Source: Candidatus Bathyarchaeia archaeon (lineage in GTDB: Archaea > Thermoproteota > Bathyarchaeia > Bathyarchaeales > Bathycorpusculaceae). Taken from it: a stretch of 64,000 nucleotides of DNA. The stretch is from positions 92,644 to 156,643 of the forward strand of contig JAVYWL010000004.1 in NCBI GenBank assembly GCA_038727135.1, read 5' to 3'. Both the position numbers and the translations under genes were made by a program. Below, piece after piece: positions 1 through 9,148 of the stretch. The notes beneath the pieces are model-generated. The model was given only the letters and a program-made list of their open reading frames with translations. It ran no database searches and was not told the origin of the DNA. The first letter of the stretch is position 1; every line of letters starts with the position of its first letter.

Positions 1-122
1 TCCATAGCTCTTAGCTTTAGGGCTTCCGGCGTTATCTGAAATGTGGCCTCGTCAACGAGGATGGATATGGCTGTCGCCATGTCCCTTAAAAGTTTAGCAT
101 CTGAAACCTTGAGTCTGAACAT
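1..122 (-). CDS. pcn: DNA polymerase sliding clamp PCNA (5' part; runs off window edge)
   Basis: Manual translation from ATG at 122: MFRLKVSDAKLLRDMATAISILVDEATFQITPEALKLRAMD, a typical PCNA N-terminus; follows TFS. Confidence 0.9.
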   Translation of the reverse strand, partial: MFRLKVSDAKLLRDMATAISILVDEATFQITPEALKLRAM

Positions 123-195
123 GTCTCTCCCTTTTAAAGGGTAATGTTTAAGGTTATAAAACTTTTATACACTTAAGCGTAATGCTGAATGGCTT

Positions 196-549
196 TTATG
201 AGTATTCTCTGAATGTGTAGCCGCATTTTGTGCAGCGGAGGAACTGGGTTGAGGATTCGTCTGCTCCGCGGGTTTGCACTTGCCATACGTAAGCCGTGTT
301 GTTTCCACATTTTGGACACTCAATTCTGACTGTTGGGAGGGTTCGGAGTTTTTGTTCTTCCTTGCCTATCACTGCAACTTGTTGCTGAGGGTTGTGCTGG
401 ATTATTTTTGCAACTTTTGGTGCAGCTTTTTCGCTTACTATGCGTTTCTTGTAGCCGCATTTTGGACAAGTAAGCGTGAGGGATTCCTTTTTCTCAGATT
501 TTGCCTTTTTTGGCACGAGACGTGTTCCGCATTTTGGGCAAAATTCCAT
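196..549 (-). CDS. tfs: Transcription factor S (TFS/RpoM family)
   Basis: N-terminal CPKC zinc ribbon; C-terminal CPKC...QTRGADESSTQFLRCTKC TFIIS-type motif. Confidence 0.93.
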   Translation of the reverse strand: MEFCPKCGTRLVPKKAKSEKKESLTLTCPKCGYKKRIVSEKAAPKVAKIIQHNPQQQVAVIGKEEQKLRTLPTVRIECPKCGNNTAYVWQVQTRGADESSTQFLRCTKCGYTFREYS

Positions 550-629
550 TGTTTTAAACTCCGGTTTCCGTTTGTTTTCCCATGACTTGGTGTCTTTTAA
601 ACTTTTTCTTTCGACAATTAGGATTCAAA

Positions 630-1223
630 CTATATTGTGCTAAGCCCGGATGCAATTAAATGTGCAACACGGAGTGCCTCGGGAATGTAGCTCCGCGTCG
701 ATGTCAACTGCAGAATTTTTTTGGCATCCTCTTCTGAGATTCCAGACATCTGCATGTAAATTTTGCCTCTCCCACCTCGTATGGGCACTTCGTAAAGTTC
801 TCCGGCATTAAGTATGGCTTTCCATCGTTCCTCACTTTTTGGAAGCTTTTTTAGGGCTTCACGGATTTCGTCAAAGTTTGGTTTATCACGTGTCACAGCG
901 ATCACTGGGAGTCCCGTGTTTGCGTTGAGCTTTTTTATGTCCACCACGTTAAAGCCAGCAATAGTCACGCCATTAAGCATCACAACCCTCAACTGCTTAT
1001 AGTGTGGAGAATTCTTTATCATGGATGAAATTTTTCTTGTGGCTTCAAATCCGTCAACCTTAACCTTTGTGTGCATGACCCCATCAAGCCAGTATCCGCC
1101 GCGGAAAACAACGCCTACAACGGGCACTAAACTTTTTGTGTGGGGTTTAAATACTCCGTCATCAACTCCCAAAACGCGGATTTCAGGCTTTATTACACGA
1201 AACTTTCTTGTGGTGGTGGGCAA
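630..1223 (-). CDS. DUF99/UPF0215 endonuclease V-like protein
   Basis: RVLGVDDG, VDGFEAT, GVTIAGFNVVD and IPEALRVAHLIA motifs. Confidence 0.85.
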   Translation of the reverse strand: MPTTTRKFRVIKPEIRVLGVDDGVFKPHTKSLVPVVGVVFRGGYWLDGVMHTKVKVDGFEATRKISSMIKNSPHYKQLRVVMLNGVTIAGFNVVDIKKLNANTGLPVIAVTRDKPNFDEIREALKKLPKSEERWKAILNAGELYEVPIRGGRGKIYMQMSGISEEDAKKILQLTSTRSYIPEALRVAHLIASGLSTI

Positions 1224-1373
1224 AATCTTCCCTCAAATTGTCCAGCAGAAATAGAGGCTTGTACACATTATAAGTTTAGCGAAAACATTTTGAGACATGA
1301 TAGCAGAATACAAGAAAGCTTAAAAGTTTTTGGAAGTGCAACTAAAAGCGTCAGGGCTGGCACGTGAAGAGTT

Positions 1374-1568
1374 ATGGATAAAACGGAAACCATAGGCGCG
1401 TTTTTAATAGTCATCGGGCTCTTGCTAATTATTCATCATATGATTTTTTGGCAGAGACCTTTTGACCTTGCCGACATGCTGCATCACGAGTTTTTTGAGG
1501 CAATATTTTTCACGGCTGGGGTAACCCTCCTAATAGTGACATGGTCAAATAAGCGGAGAGGAAGTTAA
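1374..1568 (+). CDS. Small two-TM membrane protein
   Basis: Two hydrophobic helices flanking HHEFFE; 2 bp before next gene. Confidence 0.65.
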   Translation: MDKTETIGAFLIVIGLLLIIHHMIFWQRPFDLADMLHHEFFEAIFFTAGVTLLIVTWSNKRRGS

Positions 1569-1570
1569 CA

Positions 1571-2923
1571 TTGAACCTTCTGCTTTATGGCGGAACCATA
1601 GTAACAATGCGTGGGAACGAAATAATCCGTGATGGAGCCATAGTAATAGAAGACGAGACTATAATTGATGTTGGAAAGGCCGAGCAAATATTAAGAGAGT
1701 ATGCAAGCGGCTATGAGAAGATAAACGCCAAAGGAAGGGTGGTGATTCCGGGGCTTATAAACACTCATCAACATGCAGCCATGAGCCTTTTGAGGGGTTA
1801 CGCTGACGACTTACCCTTGCAAGAGTGGCTTGAAAAGTGGATTTGGCCTATAGAAGGGTTGATGACGGCTGAAGACATCTATGTTGGCAGTTTGCTAACA
1901 GCCGTGGAATCCATAATGGGTGGCACAACAACCGTTAACACAATGTATCATTACATGCCCGAGGGAAATGAGGCGAAAGCCTTTGCGGATGCTGGTATTA
2001 GGGGTGTTGTTGGACATGTTTGCTTTTCATGGAGGAAAGATGAGGACAGGAGGGCGTTGGAGGATTTAGCCAAAAACTGGCATAATAAAGCTGGAGGGCT
2101 TATCCGCGTCAGCGTTGACCCTCACGCGCCTTACACTGTCGACCCAGAATACATGAAGGAACTTAAAGCTTTACGTGACGAATTCGACAAGAAGTATGGC
2201 TCTGAAAGGGCGCCAATTATATGGCATATCCACGTGGCTGAAACATTTGATGAGGCTGAAAAAGTTCGGAGAGTCTTCAGTGTTGATATGAAAGGCGGTG
2301 TGGTGGAGTATTTGGACTCTTTAGGAGTTTTAGACGAGCGTGTTGTTGCAGCCCACTGTGTGGCACTGACGGATAGGGATATGGCGTTAATGAAAGCCAG
2401 AGGCGTTAAGGTTTCCCATAACCCAATTTCGAATCTTAAGCTTGCTTCCGGCATAAGTCCCGTTCCAAGAATGTTGGAACATGGCATAACAGTCTCGCTT
2501 GGCACAGACAGTCCATGCTCTAACAATGCGGCGGACATGTTTGAGGTCATGAAGGTGGCAGCCCTGCTCCATAAGGGGGTTAGTCGAAATCCCACGGTGA
2601 CGTCTGCGCAGCAAGTCCTAAAGATGGCAACTTTGGATGGCGCTAGGGCTTTATGCTGGGAAAACGAGATAGGCTCAATAGAGGCTGGGAAAAAGGCGGA
2701 TTTAGTCATCATAAATTTTGAGAAGCCACACCTATGCCCACTATATAACGAATTTAGCCATCTGGTTTACGCCACAAAATCGGCGGATGTTGAAACTGTC
2801 ATAATAAATGGTAAAATTGTTATGGAAAACAGGCGTCCAACAACCTTGAATGTTGAGAAGATTATGAAAATGGTTGAGAAAGCTAAAAACCGCCTTTTAG
2901 AAAAGCTTCAAGCGCAACATTAA
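1571..2923 (+). CDS. mtaD: MTA/SAH deaminase family amidohydrolase (MtaD/DadD-like)
   Basis: PGLINTHQH, HAPYT, HVAET, AAHCV, SNLKLASG, LGTDS motifs; next to ahcY. Confidence 0.8.
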   Translation: MNLLLYGGTIVTMRGNEIIRDGAIVIEDETIIDVGKAEQILREYASGYEKINAKGRVVIPGLINTHQHAAMSLLRGYADDLPLQEWLEKWIWPIEGLMTAEDIYVGSLLTAVESIMGGTTTVNTMYHYMPEGNEAKAFADAGIRGVVGHVCFSWRKDEDRRALEDLAKNWHNKAGGLIRVSVDPHAPYTVDPEYMKELKALRDEFDKKYGSERAPIIWHIHVAETFDEAEKVRRVFSVDMKGGVVEYLDSLGVLDERVVAAHCVALTDRDMALMKARGVKVSHNPISNLKLASGISPVPRMLEHGITVSLGTDSPCSNNAADMFEVMKVAALLHKGVSRNPTVTSAQQVLKMATLDGARALCWENEIGSIEAGKKADLVIINFEKPHLCPLYNEFSHLVYATKSADVETVIINGKIVMENRRPTTLNVEKIMKMVEKAKNRLLEKLQAQH

Positions 2924-2962
2924 ATAATTGTGGGTGAAAATGGCATAGCGGAAGGCGATTTA

Positions 2963-4219
2963 ATGGCAAGCTTTAAAGTTAAAGATGAAAGCCTAGCTCC
3001 AAAGGGGGCGCTACAAATAGAATGGGCTTCAAGACATATGCCCGTTCTAAACCAAATCAAGAAAAGATTCAGCCAAGAAAAACCTTTAAAGGATGTTGTG
3101 CTCGGCGCATGCCTCCACGTCACAAAGGAGACAGCCGTGCTGGTTGACGTTTTCCTCGCTGGCGGTGCAAAAGTAGCCCTTTGCGGCTCCAATCCGCTTT
3201 CAACGCAGGATGAGGTGGCGGCTGCGCTGGCAGAGAAAGGCGTCCATGTTTACGCTTGGCGTGGTCAAACAAAAGACGAATACTACTGGTGCATTGAAAG
3301 GGTCGTAGACTATAAGCCCTTGATAACGTTGGACGACGGAGCAGACCTAGTCAGCACAATTCACAGCAAAAGAACAGATGTACTGCCAAGCGTTAAGGGA
3401 GGCACCGAGGAGACAACAACGGGCGTCTTAAGGCTTAGAGCCATGGAAAGGTCTGGAACCCTAAAATACGCGATAATAGCCGTTAATGACGCCTACACAA
3501 AATATTTGTTTGACAACCGTTATGGAACTGGGCAAAGCACAATAGACGGCATTTTAAGAACCACAAACATCCTTCTAGCCGGGAAAAACTTTGTTGTCTG
3601 CGGTTATGGATGGTGCGGCAGGGGAGTTGCAATGCGGGCGAGAGGAATGGGAGCCAACGTAATAGTTACGGAAGTTAATCCTTTAAGGGCTCTAGAAGCA
3701 GTCATGGACGGCTTCCGCGTAATGCCCATAAGCGATGCAGCCGAAATAGGCGACATCTTCCTAACAACCACGGGCAACATAAACGTCATCAAAAAGGAGC
3801 ATATGGAGAAAATGCGGGACGGAGCCATCCTCGCCAACAGCGGCCACTTCAACGTTGAAATAAGCCTAAAAGGCCTTGAAGAACTGGCAATCTCAAAAAG
3901 AACCGTTAGACCAAACCTTGAAGAATACACCTTAAAGGATGGTAGGAGGCTGTACTTGCTGGCTGAGGGAAGACTTGTAAACTTGGCGGCTGCCGAGGGA
4001 CACCCGTCAGAAGTTATGGACATGTCCTTTGCAAACCAAGCCCTAAGCGTCGAACACCTGGTCAAAAACGAGAAAATGCCGCCGAAAGTGTACCCTGTTC
4101 CAAGAGAGATAGACGAAATAGTGGCGAAATTGAAGCTTGAGGCAATCGGCGTAAAAATAGACGAGTTGACAGAGGAGCAGAAAAGGTATTTGGCTGCATG
4201 GGAAATGGGAACAACATAG
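2963..4219 (+). CDS. ahcY: Adenosylhomocysteinase
   Basis: [50 protein letters not shown]; start taken at ATG 2963. Confidence 0.97.
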   Translation: MASFKVKDESLAPKGALQIEWASRHMPVLNQIKKRFSQEKPLKDVVLGACLHVTKETAVLVDVFLAGGAKVALCGSNPLSTQDEVAAALAEKGVHVYAWRGQTKDEYYWCIERVVDYKPLITLDDGADLVSTIHSKRTDVLPSVKGGTEETTTGVLRLRAMERSGTLKYAIIAVNDAYTKYLFDNRYGTGQSTIDGILRTTNILLAGKNFVVCGYGWCGRGVAMRARGMGANVIVTEVNPLRALEAVMDGFRVMPISDAAEIGDIFLTTTGNINVIKKEHMEKMRDGAILANSGHFNVEISLKGLEELAISKRTVRPNLEEYTLKDGRRLYLLAEGRLVNLAAAEGHPSEVMDMSFANQALSVEHLVKNEKMPPKVYPVPREIDEIVAKLKLEAIGVKIDELTEEQKRYLAAWEMGTT

Positions 4220-4289
4220 CATCCCGCTTTCATGGTAAACTTTAAAAGGAGAACAAACAATAAACATGGCTTTGTGTGGTGAAACGTAA

Positions 4290-4655
4290 ATGGTAAGCAA
4301 AGATCAATCAATAGGAGGCGCAATATTCATCATATGCCTCATAATAGCAATATTCTATGTGGTAACACTATTCTATCCAGACTGGATTGTGAATTTAGGC
4401 TGGGCAAGTAGCAGGAACGCTGTTCAGTTTTGGCTCATTGCGATACCAGTTTTCATAGCTTTTATAGCCATAATGGGTATTGGTGCTTGGATAGGCTGGA
4501 CTATGGCCACGACACCACCACCAAAGCCTATAGAAGAGATAACAAGCGAGATCGAAGAGGAAGAGAAAAAGGAAGAGGCGGCTAAGGAGCCTACAGAAGC
4601 TGCTGAAACAGAAGAGAAGGCAGAGGAGAAGGGAAAGGGTAAAACCAAAAAGTAG
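4290..4655 (+). CDS. Two-TM membrane protein with acidic/charged tail
   Basis: Two TM helices, then WIGWTMATTPPPKPIEE and a Glu/Lys-rich tail. Confidence 0.8.
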   Translation: MVSKDQSIGGAIFIICLIIAIFYVVTLFYPDWIVNLGWASSRNAVQFWLIAIPVFIAFIAIMGIGAWIGWTMATTPPPKPIEEITSEIEEEEKKEEAAKEPTEAAETEEKAEEKGKGKTKK

Positions 4656-4666
4656 TGCGTAATGCT

Positions 4667-5038
4667 TTATAATCCCAACATTTTAAATGCGAAGTGTAAA
4701 GCGACGTTTATTGCTGCGGCTATACCAAAAACCAACAGTATTATTTTTGGCGAGAAAGATGTGAGAGAACCCTCCTCGCCTTTCGGCTGAATCTCATACG
4801 CTGTTATTTCTTGGGTTTCAGCGTCCACGTGAATTATGGCTGTGAGCTTCTTCATCTCCACTTCAACCGTGTAGATTCCCTCTTCTAGAGAGACCCTCTT
4901 AGGTTTTATTCCTCCTTTGTGCCCTATCCTCTTAAGAAAGCCGGTGGCAATGGCTGTTACTGATTCAGCGTTCAGTCTCTTCATCTGCGCCGTGGGAGTG
5001 ACGACACCTGGAGCTTTTTTCTGCAGAACCGCCGACAA
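4667..5038 (-). CDS. Hypothetical protein, PepSY-like domain with C-terminal TM anchor
   Basis: YTVEVE...IHVDAETQEI pattern; C-terminal hydrophobic helix; start uncertain. Confidence 0.55.
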   Translation of the reverse strand: MSAVLQKKAPGVVTPTAQMKRLNAESVTAIATGFLKRIGHKGGIKPKRVSLEEGIYTVEVEMKKLTAIIHVDAETQEITAYEIQPKGEEGSLTSFSPKIILLVFGIAAAINVALHFAFKMLGL

Positions 5039-5112
5039 TTATGGTGTCTCCTACCCATTTTGGAGGCGTGCTGGATGCTTAAAAGAAGGTGTGTGTATCA
5101 TTGGCAACCAAC

Positions 5113-5502
5113 CTACTCTGTTATAGTTTTAAGCATGCACTGCACTATCTTTTCGCATACAATACACTCTTCTGGGACACCTTCTTTTGATGAGCGCTTG
5201 CTTAAATATCCAAAATAATGTTTACATTCGGTTTTCTCTGGAATTGCTTGAATTTCACGCTTTTCTTCGGTTAATGGTTTTCCTCCAACTTTGTTTTCTT
5301 CTGCTGGAATTTTCGGTTCCGAGGCAGATATGAGAACCTCTTTTTCAACAGTTATCTCCGTTAGGCAGTAGGGACATGCCTCATAAACGGCACCGCTTCC
5401 CACATTTTCAACCTTTATCGGGTTTGTGAAGTTTTTCCCACAGAGGGGGTTTGGGCACGTGTGGCTTTTATTTTCTTCGGGGTCTTCCCTCTTCTTTTTC
5501 GT
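5113..5502 (-). CDS. Zinc-finger protein (CPNPLC/CPYC ribbon plus C-terminal CxHYFGYL...CxxC...C); probable ACG start
   Basis: Frame is open upstream of the listed GTG (5403) and contains the first CPNPLC pair; AAGGAGG lies 8 nt before ACG at 5502. Confidence 0.7.
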   Translation of the reverse strand, partial: TKKKREDPEENKSHTCPNPLCGKNFTNPIKVENVGSGAVYEACPYCLTEITVEKEVLISASEPKIPAEENKVGGKPLTEEKREIQAIPEKTECKHYFGYLSKRSSKEGVPEECIVCEKIVQCMLKTITE

Positions 5503-5591
5503 GGATTGTTCCTCCTTAAATTAGAATTGGACTCCGAGTTTATAGTGTTGATGAATCCAAAATACTTATCCTAACTAATCTTCGCGCAGTG

Positions 5592-6170
5592 TTATGGGGA
5601 TGCAAGTTTTTCTAGGTCTTTTTCGCCTTCAGCGTAGCCTGAAGCAATTAGGATGTCGCCAACTTGTATCCGCGTGTCTGGTTTTGGGCGTATGCATTTG
5701 TCCCCTCTTTTTATGGCTAGAACCCACATGCCCGTCTCCTCGGGGATTTTTGCCTCCCGCAAAGTTTTGTTTACCAAGGGCGATTTTTCCGTCACCTTTG
5801 TGTACGTGATTGTTTCTTCAGCTTCTTCTATGGCGAGAGCCAACACTGGGTGGGGTTCTATGCCCCTTAAAACAACTTCAGCTATTTGTGCGGCAGCGTC
5901 GGCAATTTTCTCTGTTACAACGCCAAGCCTTATCAGCCCTAAAAAGCCTTTAGCCTCTTCCCTTTTGAATTTGCTTGATAGGACTAGTAGTTCAAATTCT
6001 GTGTGCAGCTTATCCATGTATTCTTCGAGTTTTTGGACTTCTTCGGCTAGCTCTTTGCTATTTAGGAGCAGCGATGAATAAGCAAGGTCAATCATTAGTT
6101 CTGATGTGTCTTTAAGCTCTACGAAGCGTTCGACGATTTCTTCAAATTTTTTCTGGCTTTTTCCCGCCAC
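5592..6170 (-). CDS. PhoU-domain + TrkA-C (RCK_C) protein
   Basis: LKDTSELMIDLAYS helical bundle; GMWVLAIKRG...PKPDTRIQVGDILIASG RCK_C. Confidence 0.85.
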   Translation of the reverse strand: MAGKSQKKFEEIVERFVELKDTSELMIDLAYSSLLLNSKELAEEVQKLEEYMDKLHTEFELLVLSSKFKREEAKGFLGLIRLGVVTEKIADAAAQIAEVVLRGIEPHPVLALAIEEAEETITYTKVTEKSPLVNKTLREAKIPEETGMWVLAIKRGDKCIRPKPDTRIQVGDILIASGYAEGEKDLEKLASP

Positions 6171-6172
6171 AA

Positions 6173-6781
6173 CTAGTCCTCCAGTTTGTCAAGTTTTCCC
6201 TCGCAGAGTTCCTTTAGCTCTCTTAATCCTTCATGGGTGCCGCGGGCAATGAGAATGTCGCCAGCCTTAACCTTCTCTTTTCCTTTCGGGTTTATTACCC
6301 AGTCGTTTTCTCTGAATATGGCGATTATGTCTATGCCCATTCTCGGGGCTAGTTCAAGCTCGCCTATCTCCTTCCCAACAAGAACCGATTTTTCGTTTAC
6401 CTTGGCTTTTGCCAGACGTTCTTCAACCCTTTCGAATATTTCGCTTACGATAGGGTGAACGCCTATATTTTGAGTTACTATTGCTGCTATGTCTGCGGCA
6501 GCGTCTGAAATTTTGTCCGCGGCAGCGGCTACTTTCGAAACTCCGACAAGTACTTCTGCGTCTTTTGCGTCTCTTGCAGCCACCATGGTGGCCATTTCCA
6601 AGTGGTAAGCCAGTGTGTCTATGCGTTTTTCCAGTTCCAAAACGTCTTCAGCCAAGTCTTTGTCGTTAAAGAGGGCTGCTGAATAAGCCAAGTCTATCAT
6701 TAGTTCGGAGAGGTTTTTCATTTCGCGGAGAACTTCCCTCACTGTTACTGGTTTATACTCGATTTTTTCAAATTGAGGCAT
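6173..6781 (-). CDS. PhoU-domain + TrkA-C (RCK_C) protein, paralogue of adjacent gene
   Basis: MKNLSELMIDLAYS; GIDIIAIFR...GDILIARG. Confidence 0.85.
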   Translation of the reverse strand: MPQFEKIEYKPVTVREVLREMKNLSELMIDLAYSAALFNDKDLAEDVLELEKRIDTLAYHLEMATMVAARDAKDAEVLVGVSKVAAAADKISDAAADIAAIVTQNIGVHPIVSEIFERVEERLAKAKVNEKSVLVGKEIGELELAPRMGIDIIAIFRENDWVINPKGKEKVKAGDILIARGTHEGLRELKELCEGKLDKLED

Positions 6782-6863
6782 AGCGTTTTGGGCTCTCCAA
6801 CCAGATATTTTAGCAGTAGGGGATATTTTAACCCTTATCCCAAGGACTGGCTTTCGAAACGGT

Positions 6864-8063
6864 TCAAGCTAGTATGCCAGCCCATAAGACAAGCGCCACG
6901 AGAAGCGAAATTGTTGTTATGCTGTCGGCAAGGGAACTCTCTATTGGAATTTCAAAATTGTCCGGGTCTAAACCCCTCTGGTAAGTTAGGATGGCAACGG
7001 AATAGGAAACCAAGATTATTAAAGAAGCAGCGAAAATGTTGACTGTGAAAAGGAAAAACGTAAAAGCTACAAGGCTTATTGGGGCAAATGTTCCAGTTAT
7101 TAACAAGCCTAGAATAGAGTAAGCAAAATACATTATTAGCGACGCTGCCCACGCGCCTGAAATCTCCATCCAATGGCTTTTCAGAGAAGAAAGTGACGCC
7201 TTAAGAGTTCCAAGGGCAAGTTTTGTTGTGGCTGTTGAGCCTACAACAGCGCCCACATCACCTATAGTGTCAATTAAAGCTGGATAAACAACATAAACTT
7301 GGCTAAGCTCTTTCCCACGTATGAGTTCTTCCACTCTGCCCAGCGTGGCTCCGGCAACGTTAACAATGAAAGAGACTAAGACAAGCGTTAATAGAGACTC
7401 TTTTAATGTTCTGATGAACTCTGGCTCTTTTGCATTTTTAACCAAAAAGAATATAGAGGTTAACATCAGTGCCAAACTTATAAAAGTGAAAATGTAGCCC
7501 CAAAGAAGGCTGTTGGCAAGGAAGAGACCAAGCACCATGACATAAATTGAGGTTATTAGGAGATCTGCTACCGTGGACTCTATCGGGTATAAGATTATGT
7601 CTGGGTCAAGCCCATGCTTGAAGGAGATGAAAGAAACTGTCAACGTCAGCGGGGAAATAACAACCAATGCCAAAGCCATTGTAGCCATAAAAACATTTAT
7701 CAAACCCAAAAACTCTCCAAAGCCCCCAATAAAGGCTGCAATTAGGCTCATCATGAGGCTTGCTTCAAAAGTCATAATCACGATTGCTTGGAAGAGCAAA
7801 TAGAAGCTTTTGGTGTTTCCAAAAAGGCGAGGTTGAACTGTTCCAAGGTGCAAGGCGGTGCTTAAACGTCCACAAAATAAGCCGCCTATAACCCCACGGG
7901 CACTGAGGATCGGTGGATAAATTACAACTGCCCATGGTGCTTTTGCAAAAAGACCGGAGTTATAGGCTATTATTGTTCCCGCAGCTATCCCGAAAATGTT
8001 AAAGGCATAAGCCATCACTGACTGCTTCAAGGTTTCAGCGAATCGCGGTTTAATCAAAGCCAT
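6864..8063 (-). CDS. MgtE/SLC41-type divalent cation transporter (two membrane repeats, no CBS domains)
   Basis: Two GLDPD motifs followed by PIESTVAD / PIESSLAD; many TMs; GGAGGAGG ribosome-binding site. Confidence 0.85.
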   Translation of the reverse strand: MALIKPRFAETLKQSVMAYAFNIFGIAAGTIIAYNSGLFAKAPWAVVIYPPILSARGVIGGLFCGRLSTALHLGTVQPRLFGNTKSFYLLFQAIVIMTFEASLMMSLIAAFIGGFGEFLGLINVFMATMALALVVISPLTLTVSFISFKHGLDPDIILYPIESTVADLLITSIYVMVLGLFLANSLLWGYIFTFISLALMLTSIFFLVKNAKEPEFIRTLKESLLTLVLVSFIVNVAGATLGRVEELIRGKELSQVYVVYPALIDTIGDVGAVVGSTATTKLALGTLKASLSSLKSHWMEISGAWAASLIMYFAYSILGLLITGTFAPISLVAFTFFLFTVNIFAASLIILVSYSVAILTYQRGLDPDNFEIPIESSLADSITTISLLVALVLWAGILA

Positions 8064-8456
8064 AAATTAACCTCCTCCAAAGTCTCGCCGGACCTTTGGT
8101 AGAAAACTGTGGAACAAGGCAAGGGAGGCTGTGGGTGAAAATACTTTTTTACATAGAATTTTTCATGGGCACGGCTGGGCATTTGATGGTTCCTGTTTCT
8201 TTCTTTTGGCGTGCCGTTGGCTAGCTTCATCATTTTCGCCTTCTTGGCTTTCCCCGTTTTTCTCCATCCATAGGCACTCCTTCAAAGCAGCTTTTTCCAG
8301 CGTGCCCTCAAACTCCACCTTTTATATCGCTCCCAAACCTCTTACAATTGGTGAGCAACTCCCTTAATTATTTTTCCGGCAAATCCAAAATCCATATCTA
8401 AAATTCATAACTGTTTTAATTAGCCAGTCTCCAAATTTACAGTACACTGGTGAAAA

Positions 8457-8642
8457 GTGTTGTATGCTATATGGGTAAAGATTGATGAAACAATGCCATG
8501 GATTGAGCTTAGCGGAACATATCAGACAAGAGAAGAGGCTAGGAAAGTGGCTAATGAACTTTTAAGCAAAATGAGGATAAAAATCGTTAAGGTTGAGGAA
8601 AAGCGAAGACAAATGAAGGCTATAGTGATGGTAAAGCGGTGA
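8457..8642 (+). CDS. Small hypothetical protein
   Basis: GTG start after GGTGA; globular-looking 61 aa filling the intergenic gap. Confidence 0.6.
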   Translation: MLYAIWVKIDETMPWIELSGTYQTREEARKVANELLSKMRIKIVKVEEKRRQMKAIVMVKR

Positions 8643-8676
8643 AACTAACTTAAACCTCAAACTTTCCTTTCCAGTT

Positions 8677-9072
8677 TTAAGTTTTTGATAAAGGATGGCA
8701 TGTGGCGCACTTGCACTCCTTGAGGGTTGGCAGGTCTTCTTGATGAAGTTTGCAGATAACCTTTTCATACCTTATGGTGGCGCATATTTCGCAAAGCCTT
8801 TCTATGATGCTTTCTGGTGTTGCGCCTTCTTTGGCGAGGGTTTCAGCAAGCTTTGATATCATTTTCATGACGTCTTCGGATTGGGCTATTTCGTTTGCGA
8901 GTGTTGCTCCTCTTTCACCTTTGAAATATTGGGTTATGGCGGCTGGGGTTAGCTCCATTTTTTCAGAAGCCTCAATTTTCCGCATGTTATGTTTTTCTAT
9001 AAGCTCTTTGGTTACCAGCACTCTTATTGCTGGGAGGAGATATTTTACTACAATTACGCATGGTGGTTTCAA
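8677..9072 (-). CDS. Archaeal HTH transcriptional regulator (COG2522-like) with Cys-rich C-terminus
   Basis: PPC...LPAIR...ELTPAAITQY.KG.RG; C-terminal CEIC...CKLH...CKCATC. Confidence 0.85.
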   Translation of the reverse strand: MKPPCVIVVKYLLPAIRVLVTKELIEKHNMRKIEASEKMELTPAAITQYFKGERGATLANEIAQSEDVMKMISKLAETLAKEGATPESIIERLCEICATIRYEKVICKLHQEDLPTLKECKCATCHPLSKT

Positions 9073-9102
9073 GGTTTTTCCCTAGTTATTTTTGGCGGTA
9101 GG

Positions 9103-9148
9103 TTTATATATTTTTAACGGCGTTAAATAAGTTTTAACGGTGTTAAAA
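9103..9148 (+). promoter_or_regulatory. TATA box plus two tandem palindromic operator-like sites
   Basis: TTTATATA at 9103-9110; TTTAACG-G-CGTTAAA (9113-9127) and TTTTAAC-GGT-GTTAAAA (9132-9148), 20 bp apart. Confidence 0.75.

Noticed and set aside
2131-4323. Long antisense ORFs (2131-2712, 3604-4323; likewise 56177-56869 and 48365-48802)
   Set aside because: Shadows of well-supported genes on the opposite strand; no motifs
8131-8367. Plus-strand 78-aa ORF
   Set aside because: Phe/Ser-rich translation of pyrimidine-rich intergenic DNA; no SD or motif
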